In this document: positions 30,699 through 41,835 of the stretch, piece by piece
How the letters are laid out: each line of letters starts with the position of its first letter
Numbering within the stretch: the stretch's first letter is position 1
DNA from: an uncultured Trueperaceae bacterium
GTDB taxonomy: Bacteria > Deinococcota > Deinococci > Deinococcales > Trueperaceae
Reading direction: 5' to 3'
DNA: 64,000 bases
Assembly: GCA_963799485.1 (NCBI GenBank)
Contig: CAWCXJ010000006.1
Coordinates: 352,001 to 416,000 of the forward strand
Made by a program: the position numbers and the translations under genes
Notes under the pieces: generated by a model
Told to the model about the DNA's origin: nothing
Databases searched by the model: none
Seen by the model: only the letters and a program-made list of their open reading frames with translations

Positions 30699-32042
30699 CT
30701 AACCCTGCCAGCCTTGAACCGTCGCGTAGTGCCGCAGCGCAGCCTCGGCGTCCCCTTTTGTCCGAACATCCCCGACAGCCTCGGCCTCTTGTACAAACCG
30801 CACGGCTTCACCGACGCGCGGCCCCGGCGAGAGGTCTAGGAGTTCCATCACCTCGAGCCCGTTCAAAAGTGGCGCTTTAGGCGGCGCTTCGTCCATGATC
30901 TCCAAAACGCGGGCCAACGCCAGCTTGTACCCCCGGCGGCTCGCCTTGGACGACAGCGGCCCACGCGCCGCCTCACGGTCGGCGATCATCAGTTTGAGCA
31001 GATCGGGTAAGAGGTTGCGGCGGCGGTGGACGAAGCGGCGGGCTTCCTTGTCGGACTTGGGGAGCTGCACCATATGGTAGCGGACGAGCCCCGCGGCCTT
31101 GTCTATCCGCGCCGCAGGTGTGCGGAGCCTTTCCAAAATCGTCCGGGTCAGCTCAGCCCCGAGTTTATCGTGCCCGTAAAAGTGATAGTGGCTGCTGCCC
31201 GCTTCATACGTTTTCGTCGCCGGTTTGCCGACGTCGTGCAAGAGTGTCGCCCAGCGGAGCGTAAGGTCGGCATCGGGAAAACCCTGCACGAGTTGATGGA
31301 GCGCCTCGAGCGAATGCTCCAGCACGTCCAGATGATGAAAGCCGCCCTGCGTGACGCCGCCCGCGTCGGCGAGTTCGGGCAGGTAGACCCGTAAAAGTCC
31401 GACCTGATGTAAAAGCTTGAAGCCCGGTGCCGCGTTTTCACTCAGCAAAAGCTGCGTGAGTTCGTCGCCGACACGCTCCCAGGCCGGAAGGGGAGTCTCG
31501 GCGTTTTGCCGTGTTGCGTGACGTTGAACGGCTGCCTTGGTGTTAGCCTCGAGTCCAAATCCAAGCGTCGCTGCAAATCTCACGCCCCTCAAGCCACGCA
31601 CCGGGTCGGCCCGCAAGTTCGCCTCACTAACCATTCGTAACCGCTTGGCCCGCAAATCCGCCCGCCCGCCGGTCGGGTCGATAAGCTTTCCTGAAAGGTC
31701 GGCGGCGAGGGCGTTTAAGGTGTAGTCTCGAGCCCGTAAGTTAGGTTCCAGACCTCTCTCCAAATCCTCGAGCGGGGTGTAGTCTCGAGTTATATTTTCG
31801 GTGACGACGCGCCAGTGGTCTCGCTGTTCGTCTAGGCAAAACGCGCGACCGCCGAGTTTTACGGCGGCTCGGTCGGCCTCGAGCCTCGGTTTCCCAACCA
31901 ACCAGTCTAAATCTCGCACCGGACGCCCTAAAAGTGTATCTCTCACCGCCCCGCCGACGAGATACCCGTGACCTGGGTGCGGCGTAAACTGAGCCATGTC
32001 GAGCACTTCCAACGCTTTTTTTTGCCTCCAAAACCAGCGCAT
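30699..32042 (-). CDS. Class II tRNA nucleotidyltransferase with HD domain (probably CC-adding)
   Basis: VGGAVRD..LG...RDLD, RDYTLNA, DPVRGLR, HHLDVLEH, LLHDVGK. Confidence 0.85.
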   Translation of the reverse strand: MRWFWRQKKALEVLDMAQFTPHPGHGYLVGGAVRDTLLGRPVRDLDWLVGKPRLEADRAAVKLGGRAFCLDEQRDHWRVVTENITRDYTPLEDLERGLEPNLRARDYTLNALAADLSGKLIDPTGGRADLRAKRLRMVSEANLRADPVRGLRGVRFAATLGFGLEANTKAAVQRHATRQNAETPLPAWERVGDELTQLLLSENAAPGFKLLHQVGLLRVYLPELADAGGVTQGGFHHLDVLEHSLEALHQLVQGFPDADLTLRWATLLHDVGKPATKTYEAGSSHYHFYGHDKLGAELTRTILERLRTPAARIDKAAGLVRYHMVQLPKSDKEARRFVHRRRNLLPDLLKLMIADREAARGPLSSKASRRGYKLALARVLEIMDEAPPKAPLLNGLEVMELLDLSPGPRVGEAVRFVQEAEAVGDVRTKGDAEAALRHYATVQGWQG

Positions 32043-32063
32043 ACACCAAAGTATACGCAGTCT

Positions 32064-32675
32064 ATGCCGCTAAATGTCGGGCTGACCGGGAACATCGGCT
32101 CGGGCAAATCCACCGTGGCGCGGCTTTTTGCCGCGCGTGGGGCAGCTGTCATCGACGCCGACGTGCTCGCCCGTGAAGCGACGGAAGCCCCGGAGGTGTT
32201 GCGAGAGATTACGGCGACCTTCGGCGATGAACTTGTTAAAGGAGAAAAGCTAGACCGCGCAAAACTTGCTGAAGTCGTGTTCAAGGCTCCCGAAGCCAGG
32301 GCTAAACTCAACGCGATTATTCACCCGTGGGTGGGGCGCGAACGTGAGGCTCGAGTCGCTACTTTAGTCTCTCAAAAATTGCCTCCCAAAATCATCATTC
32401 ACGACGTTCCGCTGCTCTTTGAAGTTGGCTTAGACGCTGAGATGGACAAGACGGTCGTGGTAGACGCGCCGTTAGACGTCCGCGTGGCCCGCGTCGTGCA
32501 GCGCAGCGGTCTGACGGCGCATGAGGTGCGCTCGAGAGACGCCGCGCAGCTCCCCTTGGCTGAAAAGCTCGTGCGTGCAGATTTTGTCATCGACAATAGC
32601 GGAGAACAGAAAGACTTGGCTCGGCAAGTTGAAACGGTGTGGTGGGCGCTGGTCTCGAGTAACAAAACAGCTTGA
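32064..32675 (+). CDS. coaE: Dephospho-CoA kinase
   Basis: GLTGNIGSGKST, IDAD, LDR, IIHP, DVPLLFE; start ATG 32064. Confidence 0.93.
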   Translation: MPLNVGLTGNIGSGKSTVARLFAARGAAVIDADVLAREATEAPEVLREITATFGDELVKGEKLDRAKLAEVVFKAPEARAKLNAIIHPWVGREREARVATLVSQKLPPKIIIHDVPLLFEVGLDAEMDKTVVVDAPLDVRVARVVQRSGLTAHEVRSRDAAQLPLAEKLVRADFVIDNSGEQKDLARQVETVWWALVSSNKTA

Positions 32676-32706
32676 CGGACTATTCGATATATGTAAAACT
32701 AGATTT

Positions 32707-33309
32707 ATGAATATCGAAACACAAAATACACCGACAGCGGAAACTATCCCGGCTCACACGGAAACCCTCGTCGCATTTTTCAAAGCTTTAGCCGACCCCA
32801 ACCGCCTCAAAATCGTCGGTTTGCTTGCCCGGCAACCCTACACCGTCGAGCAGTTGGCCGCACTTTTAGAGATAGGTAGCCCGACCGTCTCGCATCACCT
32901 GCGCAAGCTCGCCAAAGTGGGTCTTGTCGAGGCGAAGGCCGAAGGTTACTACAGCGTCTATTCGCTCCGCCCGGAAGTCTTACAAGAACAGGCCAAAACG
33001 CTGCTCGGTGAGGACGGTTTCGGGACGTTTGCCGATGAGGTTGACCTGTCCGCCTTCGACCGTAAAGTTTTAACGACGTTTACCGACGAAACCGGCGCAA
33101 TCACCGCGTTTCCGGTACAGCAGAAAAAGTATCTGGTACTGCTCCGGCACGTGTTAGGCGCGTTTGAACCCGGCGTCCGCTATCCGGAACGTGAAGTCAA
33201 CGAACGACTGGTGCGGTTTAACGCCGATACTGCCCGCCTTCGCCGCAGTTTGGTCGAGCACAGATTGATGGCGCGCGAAGGTGGCGGCGGCGCATACTGG
33301 CGGCTTTAG
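32707..33309 (+). CDS. ArsR/SmtB HTH regulator with C-terminal DUF2087
   Basis: FKALADPNRLKI, TVSHHLRKL, YPEREVN...DTARLRRSLVE...YWR. Confidence 0.85.
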   Translation: MNIETQNTPTAETIPAHTETLVAFFKALADPNRLKIVGLLARQPYTVEQLAALLEIGSPTVSHHLRKLAKVGLVEAKAEGYYSVYSLRPEVLQEQAKTLLGEDGFGTFADEVDLSAFDRKVLTTFTDETGAITAFPVQQKKYLVLLRHVLGAFEPGVRYPEREVNERLVRFNADTARLRRSLVEHRLMAREGGGGAYWRL

Positions 33310-33327
33310 CGCCTGCACGACATAACG

Positions 33328-33358
33328 AAGGGCACCTCTGAATAGGGTGCCCTTTTTT
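33328..33358 (+). terminator. Intrinsic terminator between convergent genes
   Basis: AAGGGCACC...GGTGCCCTT-TTTT. Confidence 0.85.
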
Positions 33359-33377
33359 AGTCGAAGCTTTGAAGAAA

Positions 33378-35138
33378 CTATTCCGACCAGGTAACGCCCG
33401 TTTCGGAGTAGCTGCTGACGTCACCGCCCGTACGCTCGCTATACGCCGTACTGCTCGTCAGACGCGTAGCGATGAAGGACAAAAACGCCTCGGCGACGCT
33501 GCTGGCCTTTTCTACGGCGGCAAAGTCGAGGTTTGCCGCGCCGCCCATCCCGGCAGCGGTCTGAATCTGCGTGCCAAGCGTCTGTGCCAGGTTTTGGAAG
33601 GTGGCCTTGTCGTCCGTGTAGGCGTAACCGGTCGCGCCCTTTGGCACCTCGCCGAAAAGGTCGTTTCGGCCCCCCTCGGTTTGTGCGTTAAGGGTTGCTG
33701 CCATTGCCGTTTCACTCGTCCCGATGAGGGCGTAGCCGTCGTTGACGGCGTAAAAGATGGTGGCCCCCGGTGCGACCTCGAAGCGGGTCACGTCGGTTCC
33801 GGCGATAGTCTCCTGGCTGCGCTGAGGTTGTCCGTCGCCGCCTTGCGGGTCGCTCATACTGCTCGTAACGCGGCTGATGTTTTGAAACAAGTCTCCGAGG
33901 CCACGCTCGGCAGCGGCGGCGTTCGTCGCCTGTATCAGATAGACCCCTTCACCCAAAAGATTTTCGCTAGGAATACCAGGCTCCACTGCGCCGCTCAGTC
34001 CGGTCGTAACCGTTACAAGTTGGTCGCCCGTCCAGCTAAAGATGCTTTCGCGCAGATTGAGGCCGGTAAACGACAAAATCAGGCTGTCGAGGTCGCCGCC
34101 GAGTTCGGGAACGCTCAGCGCGAGTTCGTTGAGATAGTCGTACCAGCCGCTCCAGTTAAAGGCGGTCGCCGAATAGCTGAGCGCTTCTGGCGGGACGCTC
34201 ACGTCGGTGGTGGCGGCGGTGTCGGCGCTCAGAAGTGCGTAAAGAGACGCGTCGCCGCCGGTCTGCTCGAGTGCCTGAAACCCTTCGGTAACGAGACCGT
34301 CATCGGTGAGCTGAACGACGCCGCCGACCGCGCCCGCTGTGGTGAACGCTTGACTGAGGCGCTCGACCAGGGGGTCGAAACCAAGGTTCTGTGCGTAAGG
34401 TGCGGCAACTTCGGCGATGCGGGCGTAGTCGAAAAAGCTGTAAAAAGTGCCTTCTTCAAGCGTTCCAAGCGTATTTTGGTAACCTTCAGCGGTTTCAAAG
34501 TTGGGTTCGTCGGCACCCGCGTAACGGCGCAGCACGCCGCGCAGCTCGTCGGGATTGGTCGACAGGGCTAACAGGTCGTCGGTCAGAGTGTAGGCAACGA
34601 CCTGCAAAGGTTCGGCGTCCTGCAGCTGGCGCTGATAAAAGGTCGCGCCGCTCTCTTCAAGGGTCTCTACGCCTTGCGTCCCGGCTTTGTCTAACGCCTT
34701 GTCTAACAGTGCCTGAACTTTCCGCATGCCCTCCGGCGTCACCCTTGTGACCATCGTCAGGGCCGGGAGCGGACTAAATGACGAGGCTGAGAGTGCAAGC
34801 CACGCCTCTTGGCCTAAGACCTCGAGGCTGGTCAAACTTTCTACAGCTTGTTTGTCTTCGGGACTTAACGCGTCCATAGCGGACATTGCGCCGCCCGACA
34901 CCGAACCGCCGGATGCGCTCCCGGAGTTGGCAAGCGCCGTAAACGCCCCCAGCACATCCAGGCGTTCAAATTCGGCGCTAAAATCTTGCAGCTTATCTGA
35001 AACGCCCGCCAAATCTTGCATTCCCAGCGCCAAAAAAGTCTCTTCGGGGAGCAGTTTGGCGAGGTCTTGGGCGCTAGCGAGTCCGCCCAGAGTTAGTAAA
35101 GCCAGCGTAAAAGTAGCTATTGTAAGCTTGTGAAACAT
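33378..35138 (-). CDS. Secreted acidic hypothetical protein (DUF3352-like architecture, tentative)
   Basis: GGAGG then ATG 35138, signal peptide ending ASA-QD, LAKLLPEET start, repeated beta-rich segments. Confidence 0.7.
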   Translation of the reverse strand: MFHKLTIATFTLALLTLGGLASAQDLAKLLPEETFLALGMQDLAGVSDKLQDFSAEFERLDVLGAFTALANSGSASGGSVSGGAMSAMDALSPEDKQAVESLTSLEVLGQEAWLALSASSFSPLPALTMVTRVTPEGMRKVQALLDKALDKAGTQGVETLEESGATFYQRQLQDAEPLQVVAYTLTDDLLALSTNPDELRGVLRRYAGADEPNFETAEGYQNTLGTLEEGTFYSFFDYARIAEVAAPYAQNLGFDPLVERLSQAFTTAGAVGGVVQLTDDGLVTEGFQALEQTGGDASLYALLSADTAATTDVSVPPEALSYSATAFNWSGWYDYLNELALSVPELGGDLDSLILSFTGLNLRESIFSWTGDQLVTVTTGLSGAVEPGIPSENLLGEGVYLIQATNAAAAERGLGDLFQNISRVTSSMSDPQGGDGQPQRSQETIAGTDVTRFEVAPGATIFYAVNDGYALIGTSETAMAATLNAQTEGGRNDLFGEVPKGATGYAYTDDKATFQNLAQTLGTQIQTAAGMGGAANLDFAAVEKASSVAEAFLSFIATRLTSSTAYSERTGGDVSSYSETGVTWSE

Positions 35139-35298
35139 ATAACCTCCAGGATTGAGCATCTGCTGACAGTGTACAAGGGTCTCACCTGAGAAATCTCGTA
35201 TCTTATGTCCCGGCATAGCCATAGGCAAAGCACCGGCACAGCACCAGCAAAAACGGGCCAGCCGTGATGCGCTGACCCACAAACTTGACAAGGCGTGA

Positions 35299-37278
35299 CT
35301 AAAGCAGCTTTTTCGCCGTATCGACCACATTTTGCACGTTAAACCCGAGTTTGTCCATCACCACGTCGCCGTCGGCGGACTCCCCGAAACGGTCTAGGCT
35401 CACCGTTGCGCCGTCTAGTCCGACGTACTTGAACCAGCCTAGCGACGCGCCCGCTTCGACGGCGACCCTGGCCCGCACGCTGTCCGGTAAGACTGATTCA
35501 CGGTAAGAGTCGTCTTGTTCATCAAAGAGTTCTTGTGAGGGCATACTGACCACGCGCACCTTCGCCCCACCCGTTTCCAGGACCTCTTTGGCCCCCAAGC
35601 ACAAAGACACTTCCGAACCCGTGCCGATCAAAATCAGGTTGGGCGTACCGTCCGAATCGGACTGGATATACGCGCCGCGCTTGACGCTGCCCTTGGGCAC
35701 GCTGAGGTGCGGCAGGTCTTGCCTCGAGAGCGCCAACGCGACCGGCTCTTTGCTGGTCATGGCGTAGGCCCACGCCTGCGCCGTTTCGTTGCCGTCGGCA
35801 GGGCGGATGACCTTGAGCTGCGGAATCGCGCGGAGCGCAGTCAAAGACGCGACCGGTTGGTGCGTGGGGCCGTCGCCGCCCAAACCGATGCTGTCGTGCG
35901 TAAATACCCAGACGACCGGCTGATCCATCAGCGCGCCGAGGCGCAGGGCGGGGCGCAGGTAATCCGAAAAAATCAAAAAGGTTCCGGCGTAGGGTTTGAG
36001 GCCGCCGTGCAGTGACAGGCCGTTAGTAATCGCCGCCATCCCGTGTTCACGGACGCCGAAGTGGATGTTGCGGCCCGAGTAGTCATCCTTGGAGATAAAG
36101 GGCGTGTTTTCCAGGGTCGTGTTGTTCGAGCCTGCGAGGTCGGCAGAACCGCCGATAAGTTGTGGAAATCTTTCAGCCAGGGCGTTTAGGACTTTGCCAG
36201 ATGAAACCCGCGTTGCGGCCTTGCCGCCGACTTCAAAGGTAGGCAGGGTGTCCTCGAGGTCGCCCCCCACTTCACCTTTAAGGGCGGTTTGAAACTGCTG
36301 TGCAAGATCCGGGAATTCTTTTTGGTAGGCGTCGAACTTTTCTTGCCACGCGGCTTCTGCGTCTTTACCGCGCTCCTGAGCCTCGCGGTAGTGCGCCAAC
36401 ACATCGTCCGGTACCGTAAACGCGGGCCAGTCGATCCCTAAATTTTTCTTGGTTTCCTCAGGGTCGGGCATCGAACCGTGCGCTTTGGGCGTGCCCTCGA
36501 CCTTCGAGCCGTAGCCGATAATGCTGCGTACGGCAATCAGGCTGGGTCTGCCGGTTTCGGCTTTGGCGGCTTCGATTGCCTTCGTAATCGCCTCGACGTC
36601 GTTGCCGTCTTCGACCCTCTGCGTGTGCCAGTGATACGCGCCGTAACGCTCCAAGACGTTTTCGGTGAAGGTCAAGTTGGTCTTGTTGTCGATGGTAACG
36701 TTGTTGTCGTCGTACATGACGATGAGCTTGCCGAGTCCCCATGTTCCGGCTAAAGATGAGGCTTCGCTCGAGACCCCCTCCATCAGGTCGCCGTCGCTGG
36801 CAATAACAAAGGTGTAGTGATCGATAAGTTCAAAACCGGGGCGGTTGTAGACGGCGGCGAGGTGCGCTTCAGCGAGGGCAATCCCGACCGCTGTGCTGAT
36901 ACCCTGACCGAGCGGGCCGGTCGTCACCTCGACGCCGGGGGTAACGAAGTGTTCGGGGTGTCCGGGCGTTTTGCTCTTCCACTGCCGGTAGCGTTTAAGC
37001 TCCGCCATCGGCAGGTCGTAACCGACTAAGTGCGCGAGGCTGTACTGGAGCATCGAGCCGTGTCCGGCAGACTGAATGTAACGGTCGCGGTCGATCCAGC
37101 GGTCGTTTGCCGGGTTGAACTTCATAAACTTGGTAAACAGCGTGTAGCCCATCGGGGCTGCGCCTAGCGGCATTCCGGGGTGGCCTGAACCGGCAGCCCC
37201 AAGTGCGTCGATGGTCAGGGCGCGAATCGCGTTGATGGAGCGCTCCTGGAGCGACTGGCGGGTTTGCGTTTGCGTCAT
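35299..37278 (-). CDS. tkt: Transketolase
   Basis: [50 protein letters not shown]. Confidence 0.97.
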   Translation of the reverse strand: MTQTQTRQSLQERSINAIRALTIDALGAAGSGHPGMPLGAAPMGYTLFTKFMKFNPANDRWIDRDRYIQSAGHGSMLQYSLAHLVGYDLPMAELKRYRQWKSKTPGHPEHFVTPGVEVTTGPLGQGISTAVGIALAEAHLAAVYNRPGFELIDHYTFVIASDGDLMEGVSSEASSLAGTWGLGKLIVMYDDNNVTIDNKTNLTFTENVLERYGAYHWHTQRVEDGNDVEAITKAIEAAKAETGRPSLIAVRSIIGYGSKVEGTPKAHGSMPDPEETKKNLGIDWPAFTVPDDVLAHYREAQERGKDAEAAWQEKFDAYQKEFPDLAQQFQTALKGEVGGDLEDTLPTFEVGGKAATRVSSGKVLNALAERFPQLIGGSADLAGSNNTTLENTPFISKDDYSGRNIHFGVREHGMAAITNGLSLHGGLKPYAGTFLIFSDYLRPALRLGALMDQPVVWVFTHDSIGLGGDGPTHQPVASLTALRAIPQLKVIRPADGNETAQAWAYAMTSKEPVALALSRQDLPHLSVPKGSVKRGAYIQSDSDGTPNLILIGTGSEVSLCLGAKEVLETGGAKVRVVSMPSQELFDEQDDSYRESVLPDSVRARVAVEAGASLGWFKYVGLDGATVSLDRFGESADGDVVMDKLGFNVQNVVDTAKKLL

Positions 37279-37460
37279 GGTTTGTTTCCTCCTATGGCTT
37301 TTGTGCAGCATAACAGAGCGTGCTGCTCAGGGCCTGATATGCAGGACCGGGACCTACCGGGTTCAATACCTGCGGGTTCAACACGGCGTCTAGTTTAGAG
37401 GTCGGCTGGGAAAAGGTCTGGGTGAAGTCCTACCGTTTTCCCGGCCCCAAAGTCCAAAGC

Positions 37461-37934
37461 CTAGCTGAGCGGTTGTGCGCGGCGGGCGGCGATACCCTCT
37501 TTGACTTTTTTGGCAACTTCAAAGTGGCGACGCTCGAGGTCGCTCTCGACTCTTAGCCTCGGCACCTCAGTCGGTTTCAGGTCGGGCCCGAGCGCGACGA
37601 AGTTCATGTGCCCAACGGTGCAAAGCCGCCGTTCGCCGCTGCCGGGGTTCTCGCCGTAAACTTCGCAGCGCACAATCATGCTGGTACGTCCGGCAAACGC
37701 CACCCGGCTTCTAAGCTCGATGATTTCGCCCACATAGATAGGGGCGCGAAAGTCCACCGGTTCGCTCGAGGCCGTCACCGAGGGCAAGCGGCAAAAGCGC
37801 CAGCAGGCAATCGCAGCGTTGACGTCCATCAGTTCCAGCACGCGCCCACCAAAAAGTGTCCCGAGCGGGTTGACGTGGTTGGGAAACACGGTGTCGAAAG
37901 TGGTAATCCATTCGGAGATGTGTTCAGCGGTCAT
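37461..37934 (-). CDS. Acyl-CoA thioesterase (hotdog fold)
   Basis: VFPNHVNPLGTLFGG..L..MD, GRTSM, FVAL; start ATG 37934 (TATACT-N6). Confidence 0.9.
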   Translation of the reverse strand: MTAEHISEWITTFDTVFPNHVNPLGTLFGGRVLELMDVNAAIACWRFCRLPSVTASSEPVDFRAPIYVGEIIELRSRVAFAGRTSMIVRCEVYGENPGSGERRLCTVGHMNFVALGPDLKPTEVPRLRVESDLERRHFEVAKKVKEGIAARRAQPLS

Positions 37935-37971
37935 GAAAGCAGTATAGAAGTGTGGCACCGGCTGGTCCGGC

Positions 37972-38170
37972 CTATTGCTGGCGGCTGAAGACAACGAGGA
38001 TAAAGTTGCTGCGGCGTTGCATCTGAACGCGCAGACGGTCTATCAGCTAAGGAAACGCTTTGCTCCAAAGGGTTTGGAGGCTCGTTATACGACAAGCCGC
38101 GGCTGGGCTCCAAACTTAGAGGCTGGCGAAGTCGTAGCGCGTACCGTAGCCTGAGACTTTGCCCGAAGTT
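37972..38170 (+). pseudogene. Degraded IS630-family transposase N-terminal fragment
   Basis: LLLAAED..KVAAALHLNAQTVYQLRKRF..KGLEA, then after a frameshift LYDKPRLGSKL. Confidence 0.65.
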
Positions 38171-38189
38171 ATCTCAGGGAGTCTGGCGT

Positions 38190-39047
38190 TTACGGCGCAA
38201 CTGTCCAGTTCATCACCCTGACCATACTGAGATAGTCTTTACCCTGCACAAAGGGCAGCTCGGCGCAGATTTGCAACGTCCAGGGGTTTTCGGCGTCGAT
38301 TTCAGCGCGAATGGTTTTGTAGCCGTGCGTTTGGGCGTAGGCGATTTCTCGAGCCTTGATTGCCAGCATGATCTCACGGTGATGGTGGCGGTAGCTGCGC
38401 CGCGTACCGAAGGTGCCGGTCTCGAGTTCACCTTCAACCTCACCTCTAAACAGATTGCCAAACCCGACAAACTCATCATCTTTAAGCGCGATAAAAAACG
38501 CTTCAGGAATTACGGCGTCATTTTTGACAGTTGCTTCCAGCCACTCCGTTTGACTAAAACGCTCCGGTGTGGCAGGTGTAACGGTTGAGGTGTCGCCGTA
38601 AACTTCGGTGTGGAGGGCGCAAAGTTTGGCTTTAACCTCCGCCCAGACTAGTTCCGAGAGACGAATGAGCTTATAACCGAGTTCTGAAAACGCTGTTTCG
38701 CTGTTTTTAAGTTGCCCCAAGTCAAAAGCTGCAACCTCGAGAACCGGACTGTAAACACGCCTGTATTCCCTAAACCCCAGCGACCTGAGCGCAGCGTAAA
38801 AAGTATCGCCTTCGTCTATACCTGTTCGTAAAAGCAGCGGTTTGTGCGGCTGCAACGCCTGAATAAGACGGTCGTAAAGTTTACGGGCAACGAGTGGGGC
38901 ATCGAAATCTGAAGCAAAATCAGTAAAAACGACCGAGTAGACGCGCGGATGATAGTGAAACTGGTTATGAAAAAATCTCAGCGAATCGAGCTGTTTTCCG
39001 GCAGTTTCGGCGATGATTTTTTGGCCCTCGAGCCTCATTTCAATCAT
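38190..39047 (-). CDS. GNAT family acetyltransferase
   Basis: FFIALKDDEFVGF, FGTRRSYR, MLAIK....YA...GY..I, ENPW. Confidence 0.75.
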   Translation of the reverse strand: MIEMRLEGQKIIAETAGKQLDSLRFFHNQFHYHPRVYSVVFTDFASDFDAPLVARKLYDRLIQALQPHKPLLLRTGIDEGDTFYAALRSLGFREYRRVYSPVLEVAAFDLGQLKNSETAFSELGYKLIRLSELVWAEVKAKLCALHTEVYGDTSTVTPATPERFSQTEWLEATVKNDAVIPEAFFIALKDDEFVGFGNLFRGEVEGELETGTFGTRRSYRHHHREIMLAIKAREIAYAQTHGYKTIRAEIDAENPWTLQICAELPFVQGKDYLSMVRVMNWTVAP

Positions 39048-39062
39048 TTACGGAGCATAACG

Positions 39063-39092
39063 AAAAAGGCGACCCGTAGGCCGCCTCTCTTT
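39063..39092 (-). terminator. Intrinsic terminator of groESL
   Basis: Minus strand AGGCGGCC-tac-GGGTCGCCT-TTTT. Confidence 0.75.
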
Positions 39093-39122
39093 GCAACTTT
39101 TATGTAGCTAGGTAAACAGGAC

Positions 39123-40793
<1,671 letters not shown>

Positions 40794-40803
40794 CTAAGCT
40801 CCT

Positions 40804-41091
40804 TTACGCAACAATCGCGATGATGTCGCGTTCTTGTAAAATCATGAGGTCTTGACCGTCTAGCGTGACTTCGGTGCCGCCGTATTTGGCGAACATCACC
40901 GTGTCGCCTTCGCTGACTTCCAAGGCCGCGCGTTCACCGTTGTCGAGCAGTTTGCCCGGCCCTACCGCGATGACTTTTCCGCGCTGGCTCTTCTCTTTGG
41001 CGGTGTCGGGCAAGACGATCCCGCTCGCGGTGGTTTGCGGCTCGTCGACGACCTCGACGATCACCCGGTCTCCTAGTGGTTTTAATGCCAT
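40804..41091 (-). CDS. groS: Co-chaperonin GroES
   Basis: [35 protein letters not shown] then ATG 41091. Confidence 0.98.
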   Translation of the reverse strand: MALKPLGDRVIVEVVDEPQTTASGIVLPDTAKEKSQRGKVIAVGPGKLLDNGERAALEVSEGDTVMFAKYGGTEVTLDGQDLMILQERDIIAIVA

Positions 41092-41123
41092 GTTCAATCC
41101 TCCTGAAACATCTTTACAGTTTT

Positions 41124-41150
41124 TTAGCACTCGAGACTAGCGAGTGCTAA
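41124..41150. promoter_or_regulatory. CIRCE element (HrcA operator)
   Basis: Perfect TTAGCACTC-N9-GAGTGCTAA. Confidence 0.97.
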
Positions 41151-41159
41151 CCAAGCGCC

Positions 41160-41189
41160 ATCATATGCACGATGACCCGGCGATGTCAA
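41160..41189 (-). promoter_or_regulatory. groESL sigma70-type promoter
   Basis: Minus strand TTGACA-N18-TATGAT immediately upstream of CIRCE. Confidence 0.75.
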
Positions 41190-41207
41190 GCGGTTCGTGT
41201 CAGGTAG

Positions 41208-41228
41208 GTTGAGCGTACCTTACTCAGA
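41208..41228. promoter_or_regulatory. HAIR-like element (putative HspR operator)
   Basis: gTTGAGC-N7-ACTCAGa versus consensus CTTGAGT-N7-ACTCAAG. Confidence 0.6.
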
Positions 41229-41293
41229 ATGTCTATATACCCCGGTTACGGCCGTGCGGGTCAAAAAACCTCGATCAAGGCAGGGTAGCAGTA

Positions 41294-41650
41294 TCAGCCG
41301 CGTTGCAAACCGAGCAGTAAACCGGGGATAAACGCGCCTGCAAAGGGTAGATTCAGTGTCAGCAGGTCGGCCAGCCGTTGCCACAGCGCTTGCAGCGATT
41401 CGGGCCGTAAAAGCGGATCGATGCCCGCTTGAATCTGCAACCAGTTGATCTCGACGAGCCCGTAGTAGGCCAGCAGCTGGATACCGATAAAAAACAGGCC
41501 GAGCGCGATTGCTGCGACCTTGCCGATTTTTTTCAGTGCGTACCCGGCAGCAAAGCCGGCGAGTGCGCCGAAGGTCAGCTGACCCAAAACCGGGGCGAGC
41601 GTTTCGACGTTGGGCAGCTCGAGCTGAGGTTGCGTTCCGGACTGCGACAC
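41294..41650 (-). CDS. FUN14 family membrane protein
   Basis: QLTFGALAGFAAGYALKKIGK...IQLLAYYG..EINW; start GTG 41650 (TAAACT-N7). Confidence 0.8.
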   Translation of the reverse strand: MSQSGTQPQLELPNVETLAPVLGQLTFGALAGFAAGYALKKIGKVAAIALGLFFIGIQLLAYYGLVEINWLQIQAGIDPLLRPESLQALWQRLADLLTLNLPFAGAFIPGLLLGLQRG

Positions 41651-41835
41651 GAGAGCGAGTTTAACATACGTTCGGTGAGAGCTTCTTTCCGGCTCGTTCA
41701 AGGTCGGTAGTTGAAGCAGTAAGAAAGCAGTAGGAATGAAGCAGGGAGAATCGAGAACGGAAACCGGCAGAACCTCATCACTTTGTAAGCAAACACCTTC
41801 ACTCAATCGTTTTGACAAAAGCGCTAGACTGGTCT

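Noticed and set aside
33369..34571. 400-aa plus-strand ORF, and similar long antisense ORFs (39615-40250, 53150-54043, 62784-63695)
   Set aside because: Shadow frames of well-supported opposite-strand genes in GC-rich DNA, with no recognisable motifs
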